Source: Bdellovibrionales bacterium (GTDB taxonomy: Bacteria > Bdellovibrionota > Bdellovibrionia > Bdellovibrionales > Bdellovibrionaceae). From it: DNA of 64,000 bases. The stretch covers positions 17,761-81,760 of the forward strand of contig JANMPT010000039.1 in NCBI GenBank assembly GCA_031370005.1. Reading direction: 5' to 3'. How positions within the stretch are numbered: the first letter of the stretch is position 1; every line of letters begins with the position of its first letter. Shown here piece by piece: positions 59,626 through 64,000 of this stretch. Position numbers and translations under genes: made by a program. The notes beneath the pieces are model-generated. The model saw nothing but the letters and a program-made list of their open reading frames with translations. It searched no databases and was not told the origin of the DNA.

Positions 59626-59641
59626 AGCAACGAAGGTGCCA
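59626..59641 (-). promoter_or_regulatory. Sigma54 promoter of the Agl/Glt-like operon
   Basis: Minus strand TGGCAC-CTTCG-TTGCT, consensus -24/-12. Confidence 0.75.
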
Positions 59642-59771
59642 GCTCCTCAGCACCCAATCTAAAGCGTTTGAGCCTCAAAACGCGTCTTCAAGTCAGACAA
59701 AGTGACGTAAAGGGGCAAGCCCGCGACTTTTTTTTGGCGGGTTGACCGGGGGGCTTGGTGTAAAAGTGGAG

Positions 59772-60902
59772 TTATATGGTTTTATTAAATGTAAGAGTTA
59801 GCAACGTGCCGACGTCAGTGTCAGATTGAATTTCTAAATACCCACCATTGGCCTCAGCAAATTGTTTCACCAGATATAAGCCTAATCCTGTACCGTGAGT
59901 TTTCTCAAAGCTGAGGCCTTTTTGACCGACTGTATTTAGGATATTCTTCGGGATTCCTTTTCCATTGTCCATAATTGATACTTGCCACTTTACTGAGTAG
60001 TTACGTAGGCTAATTTGGACTTGAGCTTCGCTTCGACTCTCACATGCTTCGATGGAATTATTTAGGATATTTGAAATTGTCCTTTGAAACTCAACCCGAT
60101 CGAAAATTGCAAAAATGGGCTCATCTGGCAGATCAGTTTGAAATGAGATATGTGGGGATAATATTCTCTTTTCGTCCAAGAGATTCAAAAGAGTCGCAGA
60201 AACATTCCAACTTTCAGATTTAATGTTAGTCGTGGAAATCTTCGTCATGGATACTTGTGCTCTAGTTTGTATTAACAGACTTTCTGCAATGCCGTTGATT
60301 TGATGTATTGAATTTTCGAAGATACTTTTTTCTGCACTGTCAGTATTGAATAGATTTTTTGAAACAATATTTAGAGCGCCTAGGGGGGATCGAATATCAT
60401 GGGCGAGCTTTTGAGCAAGCTCAGATATAGTTGCTTCGTATTTGAGCTCAAGCTTAATTTGCTGAGCAGATAAGCGCATAAATGCATATAGGATAATGAC
60501 TTGAAACACCAGAAAAACAAGGGCACCGCTCTCTAAGATTTTAGCCAGGCGCAGGGTTAAATGGATTTTTAATTGCGGAACTGATTCATCCTCAATTGAG
60601 ATCTGTTCTTGTAATATTCCGGTTTTACAGTTTTTACTTTTCATCTGCTTATAAAAGGTCTTGTTACTCAAAGTTGCATCTATGCAGACCCAGTTTAGGG
60701 TGGATGTCAGGGCATTCAAACGAGACGCTAACTTAAAAGTATCCAAGCCAAGTATTTCAGAAGTATTTTGCGATTTGAAATCAGCTTTAAATTGCCGGGC
60801 CGTCTGAGTCAGGTAAAGCCTTAAAAAAACTAGGTAAATAACAAAGAAAGAAATAATAATAGCCGAAACAACTACATTCGAACGAGTAAGTATTTCAGGC
60901 AT
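59772..60902 (-). CDS. Membrane sensor histidine kinase (two TM, short periplasmic domain)
   Basis: LAHDIRSPL H-box, NILNNSIEA, DNGKGI, GTGLGL; start uncertain (60902 or 60935). Confidence 0.9.
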   Translation of the reverse strand: MPEILTRSNVVVSAIIISFFVIYLVFLRLYLTQTARQFKADFKSQNTSEILGLDTFKLASRLNALTSTLNWVCIDATLSNKTFYKQMKSKNCKTGILQEQISIEDESVPQLKIHLTLRLAKILESGALVFLVFQVIILYAFMRLSAQQIKLELKYEATISELAQKLAHDIRSPLGALNIVSKNLFNTDSAEKSIFENSIHQINGIAESLLIQTRAQVSMTKISTTNIKSESWNVSATLLNLLDEKRILSPHISFQTDLPDEPIFAIFDRVEFQRTISNILNNSIEACESRSEAQVQISLRNYSVKWQVSIMDNGKGIPKNILNTVGQKGLSFEKTHGTGLGLYLVKQFAEANGGYLEIQSDTDVGTLLTLTFNKTI

Positions 60903-60992
60903 AAATTTAGTATTTTCAGATTTGCTGCTTCGCACTGTATAACTTATAACCTGATTTCAATTTAAGTAAAGAAAATTTCTTAGGAGTTGTCT

Positions 60993-61250
60993 ATGAAGCA
61001 GAAAATTAAAGAATATATTCGTTTAATTTTATTTGTCGCGCTTTCTGCAGTAGGCTTAAAAGCCCTAGCGTTGCAAATTATTTTTCAAGGGGAGAAAATA
61101 GTAATAAAAGCTAACCCGAGCTTGGATCCAAAAATAATAATACCGAAGAACAATATAAATGAATATCTGGAAGATCCAAAAACAAAAACTGCTGATACAG
61201 CTAATCAAAATGGTGACGGTCATGGTAGTGGAAACCGTGTATCTAAGTGA
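60993..61250 (+). CDS. Small secreted protein, candidate precursor peptide
   Basis: AGGAG RBS; Sec-type signal ending ALA; Gly/Asn-rich tail NQNGDGHGSGNRVSK; GTGA overlap with next gene. Confidence 0.65.
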   Translation: MKQKIKEYIRLILFVALSAVGLKALALQIIFQGEKIVIKANPSLDPKIIIPKNNINEYLEDPKTKTADTANQNGDGHGSGNRVSK

Positions 61251-62767
61251 TCTATACATGGACTTCACGATCTAAGCTTCTTTTCTATGCATTATTTTGC
61301 GTATTGGGTGTTGTTATGGCCTTTCTAATATCAAAAAAAAACGATCATAAAGTTCTGAAGGTATGGGCAGATATGCAGCCCTTTTCTTCTGATCCTTTAA
61401 AATACGACTACTTTGTACATCATATTGCATTTCGCTCGGTGTTTTCCGGTGTTTTGAGTGAATATAAAACGGGGGCGATACAAGGAGTCATTGCTAAGAG
61501 CTGGGATGCCAGTGAAGACAAGACAAAGTGGAGATTCACTATAAGAAAAAATTTAAAATTTGAGAATGGAGACGCAATTACACCTGGTGTTGTTGCCGCA
61601 AATTGGAGACGTGTTGCATATCTAATGCATAAAGCCTCTTCTGAGTCGGGTCTTTTCGAATATCTAAAAAATATTGAAACTATTTCACCCAGCGAAGGTG
61701 GTGAGGGTATTACCTTTGATCTTGATTCAGTAACGCTGAGCTTTTATAAGCCTATTCCAAACTTACTAAGCAAGATTAGCTTTGGACTTTACTCAGTTGC
61801 ACACCCCTCTCAGTTTAACTCCAAGACAGGCGAATGGTATGATGAGAGAAAGGCGATAGCCTCGGGTCCTTATAAAATAACAAAATGGGATGAGCTTGCC
61901 TTTAATTTAGAGTTACGCGATGACTTTCCAAAAGAGCTTCTTTTAGAAAGGCCAATAAAATATATAAATATTGATTTGCAGTACGACTTAAAAAATATAT
62001 CTGACGCTGATTTCGTTATTGGTGGCTCAAGTGCTCTGGCCTTAGATAGAAGTGAATTCAGTTTTTTTGGTCCTGTTGAGTCAAATATTAGATATGTTAA
62101 ATGCTCAAGATGGAATGTTGTAGGTAGCCCATGCTACGACTTAGAAAACAGAAAAAAGATGAGAGCAGCCTTTTATAAAGAAGTCGCCGAAATTGGATAC
62201 GAATTTGAAAGATCATTTCTTCCTATTGCAATTAGAGGCGTTACCTCAAGTAAAATAGAAGCGTTAAGACACTTTGAAGTCCAAGGAAAAAATAAAATTT
62301 CGCTTAGAAAAAGTGAGCCGGTTCTAAAAAGCATCGAGAATCAAGGTATTATATCTGCTTCAGAGGCTTTTTATAAAGGCTTAGGCAATATTTCCAAAGA
62401 GTGTGGTATCGATTTAGATTTTGTCACGCAAAACCAGCCGGACATTTCGAGTTCAACTGTAGACTTAGAGCTGAGGATTACGGGTGTCCTTATTGAGGAC
62501 CCGCATGATGACATCCGTTTTATGTTTTTATCGAAATTCGGAATTCAGCTTCCAGACTCTACTGGGGAAATTGTAAGAATCTTGAAGTCCAATAAAAATT
62601 TTGAACCTCAAGCGATTAATCAATTGTTGTGGGATCAGGCAATTATTTGGCCGTTAGGTCATTTTTCGTATGGTTATTGGATTAGGAAAGATTTTCCAGT
62701 GAATATTTCGAATCTAAATCTAACATTACCTCCAATTGATTTTCAATGGGTTGAGTGGGTGGATTAG
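61247..62767 (+). CDS. Family-5 (OppA/DppA-like) solute-binding protein with N-terminal anchor
   Basis: IAKSWDASEDKTKWRFTIRKNLKFENGDAIT and IASGPYKI signatures. Confidence 0.8.
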   Translation: MIYTWTSRSKLLFYALFCVLGVVMAFLISKKNDHKVLKVWADMQPFSSDPLKYDYFVHHIAFRSVFSGVLSEYKTGAIQGVIAKSWDASEDKTKWRFTIRKNLKFENGDAITPGVVAANWRRVAYLMHKASSESGLFEYLKNIETISPSEGGEGITFDLDSVTLSFYKPIPNLLSKISFGLYSVAHPSQFNSKTGEWYDERKAIASGPYKITKWDELAFNLELRDDFPKELLLERPIKYINIDLQYDLKNISDADFVIGGSSALALDRSEFSFFGPVESNIRYVKCSRWNVVGSPCYDLENRKKMRAAFYKEVAEIGYEFERSFLPIAIRGVTSSKIEALRHFEVQGKNKISLRKSEPVLKSIENQGIISASEAFYKGLGNISKECGIDLDFVTQNQPDISSSTVDLELRITGVLIEDPHDDIRFMFLSKFGIQLPDSTGEIVRILKSNKNFEPQAINQLLWDQAIIWPLGHFSYGYWIRKDFPVNISNLNLTLPPIDFQWVEWVD

Positions 62768-63675
62768 TTGTGTTTTTTGATTTAAATATGGCTCCATTAA
62801 GATATTCTGATATTACTTCCAATGACGGGCCGGTCGATCACATAAGCTTAGTTTCTCTGACAAACGCCATCGACGAGCCCATTTATGAAGCATATTGCTT
62901 TTTAAAAGGTCAGCTACGTCCTTCTTGGTTAAAGAAAAACTTAATATACAGTCAGTGTGATGGGAGTGGCACTGATTATGATAAGGACACCGCCATTTAT
63001 AAGTGCATCTCTGAAGCCATGGAACGTTGGGCGTTTTATACTTATGCGGGCGACGAAAAGAAATTCGGATTTAAAATTAACCCGTCAACAACGGGAATGT
63101 CTGCTTTTCCGGGCTTTTTTAAGAGAGCAGCCCGGAAAAATGCCTTATATGAAGCAAAGGAACGTTGGGCTCTAGTTCAATGGTCTAAGGGATATCTTCC
63201 TATTTTAAGAGTCCGAGAAATTGAAAGGTCAAATCTCATAGTTTGGAGAATTGAATGTCCATTTAAAGGCATTAATGTATTGATATTAGAACAGCTCATT
63301 GGTGATGTGAAAGGTGATCATTTTTACGCCTATGGGTTTGCTGCTAGTAACACTGAGCAGGGGGCCTTTCAAAAAGCCCTGGTTGAATTAGATCGGAACA
63401 GACGTATTATTTTATTGAAGAGTGGTGGGCATTTAGACCACTTACCTGCTGCTCTTGAGAGTAAAGAAGAGCAAGGAATGATTTTCTATGCAGGAAAATC
63501 AGGGCACGCAGCTTTTATATCAAAAGTGAATTCATCTCCGAAATTAATTAAAGTGGATAAGCCCCATCTCGTATGCGACACGCAGATACCGGGCCCATGG
63601 GATAAGTATACCACCGTTTGGCGATGTCTTTTTGAAAATACTGATGAGTTCGGCGATGGGCTTTTCTTATTCTAG
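62755..63675 (+). CDS. Compact YcaO-family enzyme
   Basis: GSG..A..KCISEAMER, STTGMSA, ALYEAKER, GFAAS....AFQKALVE; real start may be 62770 or 62788. Confidence 0.75.
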   Translation: MGGLVVFFDLNMAPLRYSDITSNDGPVDHISLVSLTNAIDEPIYEAYCFLKGQLRPSWLKKNLIYSQCDGSGTDYDKDTAIYKCISEAMERWAFYTYAGDEKKFGFKINPSTTGMSAFPGFFKRAARKNALYEAKERWALVQWSKGYLPILRVREIERSNLIVWRIECPFKGINVLILEQLIGDVKGDHFYAYGFAASNTEQGAFQKALVELDRNRRIILLKSGGHLDHLPAALESKEEQGMIFYAGKSGHAAFISKVNSSPKLIKVDKPHLVCDTQIPGPWDKYTTVWRCLFENTDEFGDGLFLF

Positions 63676-63780
63676 TTGGTTTCAGGATATCAAAATAAAA
63701 TACATTTGCTGCATTCTGAAGGCTCAGTTATAATGCGCGTTTTTGACGAGGTTAGAAGGAAGATTCAATTTTCGAACACT

Positions 63781-64000
63781 TTATTCCACAGTAATGCGCA
63801 CGATAGAAAATTTATTGCCGAGGTCCTTTAAAATGATTACTGGTGTTTTTGAGCCTAAGGTTTTATCCCGAGCAACATACTGAATTTTTTTATTCTCAAG
63901 AATTTTTTGATTTTTTGGATCTGTTAGACGAGCTTTTACTTCAGAGTATTTTCCGGAAATCAGAGTCCTCATAAAGTCTTCTTCGGCTTTTAGTTGAGGC
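63781..64000 (-). CDS. 3' end of a hypothetical protein running in from beyond the window
   Basis: Frame of the 63-aa ORF stays open to the window edge (PQLKAEEDF-MRTLISGK). Confidence 0.5.
   Translation of the reverse strand, partial: PQLKAEEDFMRTLISGKYSEVKARLTDPKNQKILENKKIQYVARDKTLGSKTPVIILKDLGNKFSIVRITVE

Noticed and set aside
1..64000. CRISPR arrays, tRNA/rRNA genes, IS elements, integrases, prophage genes
   Set aside because: No regularly spaced repeats, cloverleaf or rRNA signatures, or transposase, integrase or phage motifs were seen by eye

Overview
The window is gene-dense chromosomal DNA from a Bdellovibrio-like predatory bacterium (Bdellovibrionota). I infer this from a DacB endopeptidase-ankyrin pair, an Agl/Glt-like envelope motor operon, secreted proteases and the gene neighbourhood. 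Core content includes ribD (partial), trmJ, phhA, gmhD, an S41 protease, lexA, mpaA, ung, shikimate/menaquinone genes (AroK-AroD-AroE fusion, aroC, DAHP synthase, menFDH, menG), pip, add, tkt, cheW/cheARB, pcnB and a DEAD-box helicase. Five things stand out. (1) An AT-rich locus at the right end combines a divergent histidine kinase, a small secreted peptide, an orphan family-5 solute-binding protein and a compact YcaO enzyme, a candidate undescribed modified-peptide (RiPP) signalling system. (2) A ZorB/ZorA-like (MotB/MotA) stator pair with a very long coiled-coil stalk is linked to an FHA coiled-coil membrane protein and lacks Zorya effectors. (3) An accessory region lies between aroC and menG, where a higBA-type toxin-antitoxin islet is bracketed by an exact 88-bp duplication of the menG 3' end and an RCC1 lipoprotein gene by a 50-bp imperfect repeat. 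(4) Long perfect palindromes sit directly upstream of lexA and of one AAA+/DUF4143 ATPase gene, and interlocking inverted repeats sit upstream of the second. (5) Sigma54, FliA-like and TCTCA-N3-TGAGA-like motifs recur. I recognised no rRNA, tRNA, CRISPR array, transposase or integrase. All calls are by-eye motif recognition without database searches.
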